From NCBI RefSeq assembly GCF_009914755.1, contig NC_060929.1: a stretch of 64,000 nt of DNA. The stretch is one strand, 5' to 3'. Source of the stretch: the human T2T-CHM13v2.0 reference genome, Homo sapiens. The notes beneath the pieces were generated by a model. It had not been told where the DNA came from. It was given only the letters and a program-made list of their open reading frames with translations, and made no database searches. Position numbers and translations under genes: made by a program. Shown in pieces: positions 1 through 12,229 of this stretch. How positions within the stretch are numbered: the first letter of the stretch is position 1; every line of letters begins with the position of its first letter.

Positions 1-204
1 AATTGGCAAGTGGAGATTTCAAGCGCTTTGAGGTCAATGGCAGAAAAGGAAATATCTTCGTTTCAAAACTAGACAGAATCATTCCCACAAACTGCGTTGT
101 GATGTGTTCGTTCAACTCACAGAGTTTAACCTTTCTTTTCATAGAGCAGTTAGGAAACAGTCTGTTTGAAAATTCTGTAAGTGGATATTCTGACATCTTG
201 TGGC

Positions 205-221
205 CTTCGTTGGAAACGGGA
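205..221 (+). promoter_or_regulatory. CENP-B box (first of ~188, one per 340-bp dimer)
   Basis: CTTCGTTGGAAACGGGA is an exact canonical 17-mer. The next copy is at 545-561. A and B dimers end in GGGT, which keeps the core nTTCGnnnnAnnCGGGn. Confidence 0.97.
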
Positions 222-371
222 TTTCTTCATATTCTGCTAGACAGAAGAATTCTCAGAATCTTCCTTGTGTTGTGTGTATTCAACTCACAGAGTTGAACGA
301 TGGTTTACACAGAGCAGATTTGAAACACTCATTTGGTGGAATTTGCAAGTGGAGATTTCAGCCGCTTTGAG

Positions 372-391
372 GTCAATGGTAGAAAAGGAAA
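372..391 (+). other. pJalpha-type (A-box) position in the non-CENP-B monomer (representative copy)
   Basis: GTCAATGGTAGAAAAGGAAA lies ~170 bp from each CENP-B box at the homologous monomer position, as expected for alternating A-type and B-type monomers. Confidence 0.6.
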
Positions 392-3300
392 TATCTTCGT
401 ATAACAACTAGACAGAATGATTCTCAGAAACTTCTTTGTGATGTGTGTGTTCAACTCACAGAGTTTAACCTTTCTTTTCATAGAGCAGTTAGGAAACACT
501 GTGTTTTTAAACTCTGCAAGTGGATATTCAGACCTCTTTGAGGCCTTCGTTGGAAACGGGATTTCTTCATACTGTGCTAGACAGAAGAATTCTCAGTAAC
601 TTCCTTGTGTTGTGTGTATTCAACTCACAGAGTTGAACGATCCTTTACACAGAGCAGACTTGAAACACTCTTTTTGTGGAATTTGCAAGTGGAGATTTCA
701 GCCGCGTTGAGGTCAATGGTAGAAAAGGAAATATCTTCGTATAAAAACTAGACAGAATGATTCTCAGAAACTCCTTTGTGATGTGTGTGTTCAACTCACA
801 GAGTTTAACATTTCTTTTCATAGAGCAGTTAGGAAACACTCTGTTTGTAAAGTCTGCAAGTGGATATTCAGACCTCTTTGAGGCCTTCGTTGGAAACGGG
901 TTTTTTTCATATAAGGCTAGACAGAAGAATTCCCAGTAACTTCCTTGTGTTGTGTGTGTTCAACTCACAGAGTTGAACTTTCATTTACACAGAGCAGATT
1001 TGAAACACTCTTTTTGTGGAATTTGCAAATGGAGATTTCAAGCGCTTTGAGGCCAAAGGCAGAAAAGGAAATATCTTCGTATAAAAACTAGACAGAATCA
1101 TTCTCAGAAACTGCTCTGCGATGTGTGCGTTCAACTCTCAGAGTTTAACTTTTCTTTTCATTCAGCAGTTTGGAAACACTCTGTTTGTAACGTCTGCACG
1201 TGAATAATTTGACCACTTAGAGGCCTTCGTTGGAAACGGGTTTTTTTCATGTAAGGCTAGACAGAAGAATTCTCAGTAACTTCCTTGTGTTGTGTGTATT
1301 CAACTCACAGAGTTGAACGATCCTTTACACAGAGCAGACTTGTAACACTCTTTTTGTGGAATTTGCAAGTGGAGATTTCAGCCGCTTTGAAGTCAAAGGT
1401 AGAAAAGGGAATATCTTCCTATAAAAACTAGACAGAATGATTCTCAGAAACTCCTTTGTGATGTGTGCGTTCAACTCACAGAGTTTAACCTTTCTTTTCA
1501 TAGAGCAGTTAGGAAACACTCTGTTTCTAAAGTCTGCAAGTGGATATTCAGACCTCTTTGAGGCCTTCGTTGGAAACGGGTTTTTTTCATATAAGGCTAG
1601 AGAGAAGAATTCCCAGTAACTTCCTTGTGTTGTGTGTGTTCAACTCACAGAGTTGAACTTTCATTTACACAGAGCAGATTTGAAACACTCTTTTTGTGGA
1701 ATTTGCAAGTGGAGATTTCAAGCGCTGTGAGGCCAAAGGCAGAAAAGGAAATATCTTCGTATAAAAACTAGACAGAATCATTCTCAGAAACTGCTCTGCG
1801 ATGTGTGCGTTCAACTCTCAGAGTTTAACTTTTCTTTTCATTCAGCAGTTTGGAAACACTCTGTTTGTAAAGTCTGCACGTGGATAATTTGACCACTTAG
1901 AGGCCTTCGTTGGAAACGGGTTTTTTTCATGTAAGGCTAGACAGAAGAATTCTCAGTAACTTCCTTGTGTTGTGTGTATTCAACTCACAGAGTTGAACGA
2001 TCCTTTACACAGAGCAGACTTGTAACACTCTTTTTGTGGAATTTGCAAGTGGAGATTTCAGCCGCTTTGAAGTCAAAGGTAGAAAAGGAAATATCTTCCT
2101 ATAAAAACTAGACAGATAGATTCTCAGAAACTCCTTTGTGATGTGTGCGTTCAACTCACAGAGTTTAACCTTTCTTTTCATAGAGCAGTTAGGAAACACT
2201 CTGTTTGTAAAGTCTGCAAGTGGATATTCAGACCTCTTTGAGGCCTTCGTTGGAAACGGGTTTTTTTCATATAAGGCTAGACAGAAGAATTCCCAGTAAC
2301 TTCCTTGTGTTGTGTGTGTTCAACTCACAGAGTTGAACTTTCATTTACACAGAGCAGATTTGAAACACTCTTTTTGTGGAATTTGCAAGTGGAGATTTCA
2401 AGCGCTTTGAGGCCAAAGGCAGAAAAGGAAATATCTTCGTATAAAAACTAGACAGAATCATTCTCAGAGACTGCTCTGTGATGTGTGCGTTCAACTCTCA
2501 GAGTTTAACTTTTCTTTTCATTCAGCAGTTTGGAAACACTCTGTTTGTAAAGTCTGCACGTGGATAATTTGACCACTTAGAGGCCTTCGTTGGAAACGGG
2601 TTTTTTTCATGTAAGGCTAGACAGAAGAGTTCTCAGTAACTTCCTTGTGTTGTGTGTATTCAACTCACACAGTTGAACGATCCTTTACAGAGAGCAGACT
2701 TGTAACACTCTTTTTGTGGAATTTGCAAGTGGAGATTTCAGCCGCTTTGAAGTCAAAGTAGAAAAGGAAATATCTTCCTATAAAAACTAGACAGAATGAT
2801 TCTCAGAAACTCCTTTGTGATGTGTGCGTTCAACTCACAGAGTTTAACCTTTCTTTTCATAGAGCAGTTAGGAAACACTCTGTTTGTAAAGTCTGCAAGT
2901 GGATATTCAGACCTCTTTGAGGCCTTCGTTGGAAACGTGTTTTTTTCATATAAGGCTAGACAGAAGAATTCCCAGTAACTTCCTTGTGTTGTGTGTGTTC
3001 AACTCACAGAGTTGAACTTTCATTTACACAGAGCAGATTTGAAACACTCTTTTTGTGGAATTTGCAGGTGGAGATTTCAAGCGCTTTGAGGCCAAAGGCA
3101 GAAAAGGAAATATCTTCGTATAAAAACTAGACAGAATCATTCTCAGAAACTGCTCTGCGATGTGTGCGTTCAACTCTCAGAGTTTAACTTTTCTTTTCAT
3201 TCAGCAGTTTGGAAACACTCTGTTTGTAAAGTCTGCACGTGGATAATTTGACCACTTAGAGGCCTTCGTTGGAAACGGGTTTTTTTCATGTAAGGCTAGA

Positions 3301-4074
3301 CAGAAGAATTCTCAGTAACTTCCTTGTGTTGTGTGTATTCAACTCACAGAGTTGAACGATCCTTTACACAGAGCAGACTTGTAACACTCTTTTTGTGGAA
3401 TTTGCAAGTGGAGATTTCAGCCGCTTTGAAGTCAAAGGTAGAAAAGGAAATATCTTCCTATAAAAACTAGACAGAATGATTCTCAGAAACTCCTTTGTGA
3501 TGTGTGCGTTCAACTCACAGAGTTTAACCTTTCTTTTCATAGAGCAGTTAGGAAACACTCTGCTTGTAAAGTCTGCAAGTGGATATTCAGCCCTCTTTGA
3601 GGCCTTCGTTGGAAACGGGTTTTTTTCATATAAGGCTAGACAGAAGAATTCCCAGTAACTTCCTTGTGTTGTGTGTGTTCAACTCACAGAGTTGAACTTT
3701 CATTTACACAGAGCAGATTTGAAACACTCTTTTTGTGGAATTTGCAAGTGGAGATTTCAAGCGCTTTGAGGCCAAAGGCAGAAAAGGAAATATCTTCGTA
3801 TAAAAACTAGACAGAATCATTCTCAGAAACTGCTCTGCGATGTGTGCGTTCAACTCTCAGAGTTTAACTTTTCTTTTCATTCAGCAGTTTGGAAACACTC
3901 TGTTTGTAAAGTCTGCACGTGGATATTTTGACCACTTAGAGGCCTTCGTTGGAAACGGGTTTTTTTCCTGTAAGGCTAGACAGAAGAATTCCCAGTAACT
4001 TCCTTGTGTTGTGTACATTCAACTCACAGAGTTGAACGTTCCCTTAGACAGAGCAGATTTGAAACACTCTTTTT

Positions 4075-6113
4075 GTGCAATTGGCAAGTGGAGATTTCAA
4101 GCGCTTTGAGGTCAATGGCAGAAAAGGAAATATCTTCGTTTCAAAACTAGACAGAATCATTCCCACAAACTGCGTTGTGATGTGTTCGTTCAACTCACAG
4201 AGTTTAACCTTTCTTTTCATAGAGCAGTTAGGAAACAGTCTGTTTGAAAATTCTGTAAGTGGATATTCTGACATCTTGTGGCCTTCGTTGGAAACGGGAT
4301 TTCTTCATATTCTGCTAGACAGAAGAATTCTCAGAATCTTCCTTGTGTTGTGTGTATTCAACTCACAGAGTTGAACGATGGTTTACACAGAGCAGATTTG
4401 AAACACTCATTTGGTGGAATTTGCAAGTGGAGATTTCAGCCGCTTTGAGGTCAATGGTAGAAAAGGAAATATCTTCGTATAACAACTAGACAGAATGATT
4501 CTCAGAAACTTCTTTGTGATGTGTGTGTTCAACTCACAGAGTTTAACCTTTCTTTTCATAGAGCAGTTAGGAAACACTGTGTTTTTAAACTCTGCAAGTG
4601 GATATTCAGACCTCTTTGAGGCCTTCGTTGGAAACGGGATTTCTTCATACTGTGCTAGACAGAAGAATTCTCAGTAACTTCCTTGTGTTGTGTGTATTCA
4701 ACTCACAGAGTTGAACGATCCTTTACACAGAGCAGACTTGAAACACTCTTTTTGTGGAATTTGCAAGTGGAGATTTCAGCCGCGTTGAGGTCAATGGTAG
4801 AAAAGGAAATATCTTCGTATAAAAACTAGACAGAATGATTCTCAGAAACTCCTTTGTGATGTGTGTGTTCAACTCACAGAGTTTAACATTTCTTTTCATA
4901 GAGCAGTTAGGAAACACTCTGTTTGTAAAGTCTGCAAGTGGATATTCAGACCTCTTTGAGGCCTTCGTTGGAAACGGGTTTTTTTCATATAAGGCTAGAC
5001 AGAAGAATTCCCAGTAACTTCCTTGTGTTGTGTGTGTTCAACTCACAGAGTTGAACTTTCATTTACACAGAGCAGATTTGAAACACTCTTTTTGTGGAAT
5101 TTGCAAATGGAGATTTCAAGCGCTTTGAGGCCAAAGGCAGAAAAGGAAATATCTTCGTATAAAAACTAGACAGAATCATTCTCAGAAACTGCTCTGCGAT
5201 GTGTGCGTTCAACTCTCAGAGTTTAACTTTTCTTTTCGTTCAGCAGTTTGGAAACACTCTGTTTGTAACGTCTGCACGTGAATAATTTGACCACTTAGAG
5301 GCCTTCGTTGGAAACGGGTTTTTTTCATGTAAGGCTAGACAGAAGAATTCTCAGTAACTTCCTTGTGTTGTGTGTATTCAACTCACAGAGTTGAACGATC
5401 CTTTACACAGAGCAGACTTGTAACACTCTTTTTGTGGAATTTGCAAGTGGAGATTTCAGCCGCTTTGAAGTCAAAGGTAGAAAAGGAAATATCTTCCTAT
5501 AAAAACTAGACAGAATGATTCTCAGAAACTCCTTTGTGATGTGTGCGTTCAACTCACAGAGTTTAACCTTTCTTTTCATAGAGCAGTTAGGAAACACTCT
5601 GCTTGTAAAGTCTGCAAGTGGATATTCAGCCCTCTTTGAGGCCTTCGTTGGAAACGGGTTTTTTTCATATAAGGCTAGACAGAAGAATTCCCAGTAACTT
5701 CCTTGTGTTGTGTGTGTTCAACTCACAGAGTTGAACTTTCATTTACACAGAGCAGATTTGAAACACTCTTTTTGTGGAATTTGCAAGTGGAGATTTCAAG
5801 CGCTTTGAGGCCAAAGGCAGAAAAGGAAATATCTTCGTATAAAAACTAGACAGAATCATTCTCAGAAGCTGCTCTGCGATGTGTGCGTTCAACTCTCAGA
5901 GTTTAACTTTTCTTTTCATTCAGCAGTTTGGAAACACTCTGTTTGTAAAGTCTGCACTTGGATATTTTGACCACTTAGAGGCCTTCGTTGGAAACGGGTT
6001 TTTTTCCTGTAAGGCTAGACAGAAGAATTCCCAGTAACTTCCTTGTGTTGTGTACATTCAACTCACAGAGTTGAACGTTCCCTTAGACAGAGCAGATTTG
6101 AAACACTCTTTTT
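4075..6113 (+). repeat. HOR unit 2, 12-mer X-Y-A1-B1-A4-B4
   Basis: X-marker spacing 2039 bp. Confidence 0.9.
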
Positions 6114-8831
6114 GTGCAATTGGCAAGTGGAGATTTCAAGCGCTTTGAGGTCAATGGCAGAAAAGGAAATATCTTCGTTTCAAAACTAGACAGAATCATT
6201 CCCACAAACTGCGTTGTGATGTGTTCGTTCAACTCACAGAGTTTAACCTTTCTTTTCATAGAGCAGTTAGGAAACAGTCTGTTTGAAAATTCTGTAAGTG
6301 GATATTCTGACATCTTGTGGCCTTCGTTGGAAACGGGATTTCTTCATATTCTGCTAGACAGAAGAATTCTCAGAATCTTCCTTGTGTTGTGTGTATTCAA
6401 CTCACAGAGTTGAACGATGGTTTACACAGAGCAGATTTGAAACACTCATTTGGTGGAATTTGCAAGTGGAGATTTCAGCCGCTTTGAGGTCAATGGTAGA
6501 AAAGGAAATATCTTCGTATAACAACTAGACAGAATGATTCTCAGAAACTTCTTTGTGATGTGTGTGTTCAACTCACAGAGTTTAACCTTTCTTTTCATAG
6601 AGCAGTTAGGAAACACTGTGTTTTTAATCTCTGCAAGTGGATATTCAGACCTCTTTGAGGCCTTCGTTGGAAACGGGTTTCTTCATACTGTGCTAGACAG
6701 AAGAATTCTCAGTAACTTCCTTGTGTTGTGTGTATTCAACTCACAGAGTTGAACGATCCTTTACACAGAGCAGACTTGAAACACTCTTTTTGTGGAATTT
6801 GCAAGTGGAGATTTCAGCCGCGTTGAGGTCAATGGTAGAAAAGGAAATATCTTCGTATAAAAACTAGACAGAATGATTCTCAGAAACTCCTTTGTCATGT
6901 GTGTGTTCAACTCACAGAGTTTAACATTTCTTTTCATAGAGCAGTTAGGAAACACTCTGTTTGTAAAGTCTGCAAGTGGATATTCAGACCTCTTTGAGGC
7001 CTTCGTTGGAAACGGGTTTTTTTCATATAAGGCTAGACAGAAGAATTCCCAGTAACTTCCTTGTGTTGTGTGTGTTCAACTCACAGAGTTGAACTTTCAT
7101 TTACACAGAGCAGATTTGAAACACTCTTTTTGTGGAATTTGCAAGTGGAGATTTCAAGCGCTGTGAGGCCAAAGGCAGAAAAGGAAATATCTTCGTATAA
7201 AAACTAGACAGAATCATTCTCAGAAACTGCTCTGCGATGTGTGCGTTCAACTCTCAGAGTTTAACTTTTCTTTTCATTCAGCAGTTTGGAAACACTCTGT
7301 TTGTAAAGTCTGCACGTGGATAATTTGACCACTTAGAGGCCTTCGTTGGAAACGGGTTTTTTTCATGTAAGGCTAGACAGAAGAATTCTCAGTAACTTCC
7401 TTGTGTTGTGTGTATTCAACTCACACAGTTGAACGATCCTTTACACAGAGCAGACTTGTAACACTCTTTTTGTGGAATTTGCAAGTGGAGATTTCAGCCG
7501 CTTTGAAGTCAAATGTAGAAAAGGAAATATCTTCCTATAAAAACTAGACAGAATGATTCTCAGAAACTCCTTTGTGATGTGTGCGTTCAACTCACAGAGT
7601 TTAACCTTTCTTTTCATAGAGCAGTTAGGAAACACTCTGTTTGTAAAGTCTGCAAGTGGATATTCAGACCTCTTTGAGGCCTTCGTTGGAAACGGGTTTT
7701 TTTCATATAAGGCTAGACAGAAGAATTCCCAGTAACTTCCTTGTGTTGTGTGTGTTCAACTCACAGAGTTGAACTTTCATTTACACAGAGCAGATTTGAA
7801 ACACTCTTTTTGTGGAATTTGCAGGTGGAGATTTCAAGCGCTTTGAGGCCAAAGGCAGAAAAGGAAATATCTTCGTATAAAAACTAGACAGAATCATTCT
7901 CAGAAACTGCTCTGCGATGTGTGCGTTCAACTCTCAGAGTTTAACTTTTCTTTTCATTCAGCAGTTTGGAAACACTCTGTTTGTAAAGTCTGCACGTGGA
8001 TAATTTGACCACTTAGAGGCCTTCGTTGGAAACGGGTTTTTTTCATGTAAGGCTAGACAGAAGAATTCTCAGTAACTTCCTTGTGTTGTGTGTATTCAAC
8101 TCACAGAGTTGAACGATCCTTTACACAGAGCAGACTTGGAACACTCTTTTTGTGGAATTTGCAAGTGGAGATTTCAGCCGCTTTGAAGTCAAAGGTAGAA
8201 AAGGAAATATCTTCCTATAAAAACTACACAGAATGATTCTCAGAAACTCCTTTGTGATGTGTGCGTTCAACTCACAGAGTTTAACCTTTCTTTTCATAGA
8301 GCAGTTAGGAAACACTCTGCTTGTAAAGTCTGCAAGTGGATATTCAGCCCTCTTTGAGGCCTTCGTTGGAAACGGGTTTTTTTCATATAAGGCTAGACAG
8401 AAGAATTCCCAGTAACTTCCTTGTGTTGTGTGTGTTCAACTCACAGAGTTGAACTTTCATTTACACAGAGCAGATTTGAAACACTCTTTTTGTGGAATTT
8501 GCAAGTGGAGATTTCAAGCGCTTTGAGGCCAAAGGCAGAAAAGGAAATATCTTCGTATAAAAACTAGACAGAATCATTCTCAGAAACTGCTCTGCGATGT
8601 GTGCGTTCAACTCTCAGAGTTTAACTTTTCTTTTCATTCAGCAGTTTGGAAACACTCTGTTTGTAAAGTCTGCACGTGGATATTTTGACCACTTAGAGGC
8701 CTTCGTTGGAAACGGGTTTTTTTCCTGTAAGGCTAGACAGAAGAATTCCCAGTAACTTCCTTGTGTTGTGTACATTCAACTCACAGAGTTGAACGTTCCC
8801 TTAGACAGAGCAGATTTGAAACACCCTTTTT
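6114..8831 (+). repeat. HOR unit 3, 16-mer
   Basis: X-marker spacing 2718 bp. Confidence 0.9.
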
Positions 8832-11800
8832 GTGCAATTGGCAAGTGGAGATTTCAAGCGCTTTAAGGTCAATGGCAGAAAAGGAAATATCTTCGTTTCA
8901 AAACTAGACAGAATCATTCCCACAAACTGCGTTGTGATGTGTTCGTTCATCTCACAGAGTTTAACCTTTCTTTTCATAGAGCAGTTAGGAAACACTCTGT
9001 TTGTAAATTCTGTAAGTGGATATTCTGACATCTTGTGGCCTTCGTTGGAAACGGGATTTCTTCATATTCTGCTAGACAGAAGAATTCTCAGAATCTTCCT
9101 TGTGTTGTGTGTATTCAACTCACAGAGTTGAACGATGGTTTACACAGAGCAGATTTGAAACACTCTTTTTGTGGAATTTGCAAGTGGAGATTTCAGCCGC
9201 TTTGAAGTCAATGGTAGAAAAGGAAATATCTTCGTATAAAAACTAGACAGAATGATTCTCAGAAACTTCTTTGTGATGTGTGCGTTCAACTCACAGAGTT
9301 TAACCTTTCTTTTCATAGAGCAGTTAGGAAACACTCTGTTTGTAAACTCTGCAAGTGGATATTCAGACCTCTTTGAGGCCTTCGTTGGAAACGGGATTTC
9401 TTCATACTGTGCTAGACAGAAGAATTCTCAGTAACTTCCTTGTGTTGTGTGTATTCAACTCACAGAGTTGAACGATCCTTTACACAGAGCAGACTTGAAA
9501 CACTCTTTTTGTGGAATTTGCAAGTGGAGATTTCAGCCGCGTTGAGGTCAATGGTAGAAAAGGAAATATCTTCGTATAAAAACTAGACAGAATGATTCTC
9601 AGAAACTCCTTTGAGATGTGTGTGTTCAACTCACAGAGTTTAACCTTTCTTTTCATAGAGCAGTTAGGAATCACTCTGTTTGTAAAGTCTGCAAGTGGAT
9701 ATTCAGACCTCTTTGAGGCCTTCGTTGGAAACGGGTTTTTTTCATATAAGGCTAGAGAGAAGAATTCCCAGTAACTTCCTTGTGTTGTGTGTGTTCAACT
9801 CACAGAGTTGAACTTTCATTTACACAGAGCAGATTTGAAACACTCTTTTTGTGGAATTTGCAAGTGGAGATTTCAAGCGCTGTGAGGCCAAAGGCAGAAA
9901 AGGAAATATCTTCGTATAAAAACTAGACAGAATCATTCTCAGAAACTGCTCTGCGATGTGTGCGTTCAACTCTCAGAGTTTAACTTTTCTTTTCATTCAG
10001 CAGTTTGGAAACACTCTGTTTGTAAAGTCTGCACGTGGATAATTTGACCACTTAGAGGCCTTCGTTGGAAACGGGTTTTTTTCATGTAAGGCTAGACAGA
10101 AGAATTCTCAGTAACTTCCTTGTGTTGTGTGTATTCAACTCACACAGTTGAACGATCCTTTACACAGAGCAGACTTGTAACACTCTTTTTGTGGAATTTG
10201 CAAGTGGAGATTTCAGCCGCTTTGAAGTCAAATGTAGAAAAGGAAATATCTTCCTATAAAAACTAGACAGAATGATTCTCAGAAACTCCTTTTTGATGTG
10301 TGCGTTCAACTCACAGAGTTTAACCTTTCTTTTCATAGAGCAGTTAGGAAACACTCTGTTTGTAAAGTCTGCAAGTGGATATTCAGACCTCTTTGAGGCC
10401 TTCGTTGGAAACGGGTTTTTTTCATATAAGGCTAGACAGAAGAATTCCCAGTAACTTCCTTGTGTTGTGTGTGTTCAACTCACAGAGTTGAACTTTCATT
10501 TACACAGAGCAGATTTGAAACACTCTTTTTGTGGAATTTGCAAGTGGAGATTTCAAGCGCTTTGGGGCCAATGGCAGAAAAGGAAATATCTTCGTATAAA
10601 AACTAGACAGAATCATTCTCAGAAACTGCTCTGTGATGTGTGCGTTCAACTCTCAGAGTTTAACTTTTCTTTTCATTCAGCAGTTTGGAAACACTCTGTT
10701 TGTAAAGTCTGCACGTGGATAATTTGACCACTTAGAGGCCTTCGTTGGAAACGGGTTTTTTTCATGTAAGGCTAGACAGAAGAGTTCTCAGTAACTTCCT
10801 TGTGTTGTGAGTATTCAACTCACACAGTTGAACGGTCCTTTACACAGAGCAGACTTGTAACACTCTTTTTGTGGAATTTGCAAGTGGAGATTTCAGCCGC
10901 TTTGAAGTCAAAGTAGAAAAGGAAATATCTTCCTATAAAAACTAGACAGAATGATTCTCAGAAACTCCTTTGTGATGTGTGCGTTCAACTCACAGAGTTT
11001 AACCTTTCTTTTCATAGAGCAGTTAGGAAACACTCTGTTTGTAAAGTCTGCAAGTGGATATTCAGACCTCTTTGAGGCCTTCGTTGGAAACGGGTTTTTT
11101 TCATATAAGGCTAGACAGAAGAATTCCCAGTAACTTCCTTGTGTTGTGTGTGTTCAACTCACAGAGTTGAACTTTCATTTACACAGAGCAGATTTGAAAC
11201 ACTCTTTTTGTGGAATTTGCAGGTGGAGATTTCAAGCGCTTTGAGGCCAAAGGCAGAAAAGGAAATATCTTCGTATAAAAACTAGACAGAATCATTCTCA
11301 GAAACTGCTCTGCGATGTGTGCGTTCAACTCTCAGAGTTTAACTTTTCTTTTCATTCAGCAGTTTGGAAACACTCTGTTTGTAAAGTCTGCACGTGGATA
11401 ATTTGACCACTTAGAGGCCTTCGTTGGAAACGGGTTTTTTTCATGTAAGGCTAGACAGAAGAATTCTCAGTAACTTCCTTGTGTTGTGTGTATTCAACTC
11501 ACAGAGTTGAACGATCCTTTACACAGAGCAGACTTGTAACACTCTTTTTGTGGAATTTGCAAGTGGAGATTTCAGCCGCTTTGAAGTCAAAGGTAGAAAA
11601 GGAAATATCTTCCTATAAAAACTAGACAGAATGATTCTCAGAAACTCCTTTGTGATGTGTGCGTTCAACTCACAGAGTTTAACCTTTCTTTTCATAGAGC
11701 AGTTAGGAAACACTCTGCTTGTAAAGTCTGCAAGTGGATATTCAGCCCTCTTTGAGGCCTTCGTTGGAAACGGGTTTTTTTCATATAAGGCTAGACAGAA

Positions 11801-12229
11801 GAATTCCCAGTAACTTCCTTGTGTTGTGTGTGTTCAACTCACAGAGTTGAACTTTCATTTACACAGAGCAGATTTGAAACACTCTTTTTGTGGAATTTGC
11901 AAGTGGAGATTTCAAGCGCTTTGAGGCCAAAGGCAGAAAAGGAAATATCTTCGTATAAAAACTAGACAGAATCATTCTCAGAAACTGCTCTGCGATGTGT
12001 GCGTTCAACTCTCAGAGTTTAACTTTTCTTTTCATTCAGCAGTTTGGAAACACTCTGTTTCTAAAGTCTGCACGTGGATATTTTGACCACTTAGAGGCCT
12101 TCGTTGGAAACGGGTTTTTTTCCTGTAAGGCTAGACAGAAGAATTCCCAGTAACTTCCTTGTGTTGTGTACATTCAACTCACAGAGTTGAACGTTCCCTT
12201 AGACAGAGTAGATTTGAAACACTCTTTTT
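8832..12229 (+). repeat. HOR unit 4, 20-mer X-Y-(AB)4
   Basis: X-marker spacing 3398 bp. Confidence 0.9.

Larger units (their letters stand above)
1..4074 (+). repeat. HOR unit 1, 24-mer X-Y-(AB)5 (first few bases fall outside the window)
   Basis: X-marker spacing 4078 bp (marker ORF ends at 296 and 4374). Confidence 0.9.

Noticed and set aside
1075-1095. TATAAAA TATA-like motifs and CACGTG E-boxes repeated through the array
   Set aside because: These are ordinary parts of the monomer consensus, with no other promoter evidence.
10467-10727. Singleton longer ORFs (10467, 26307, 34593, 56656)
   Set aside because: Each arises from a private substitution or indel that removes a stop, creates a start or shifts the frame within a repeat copy.
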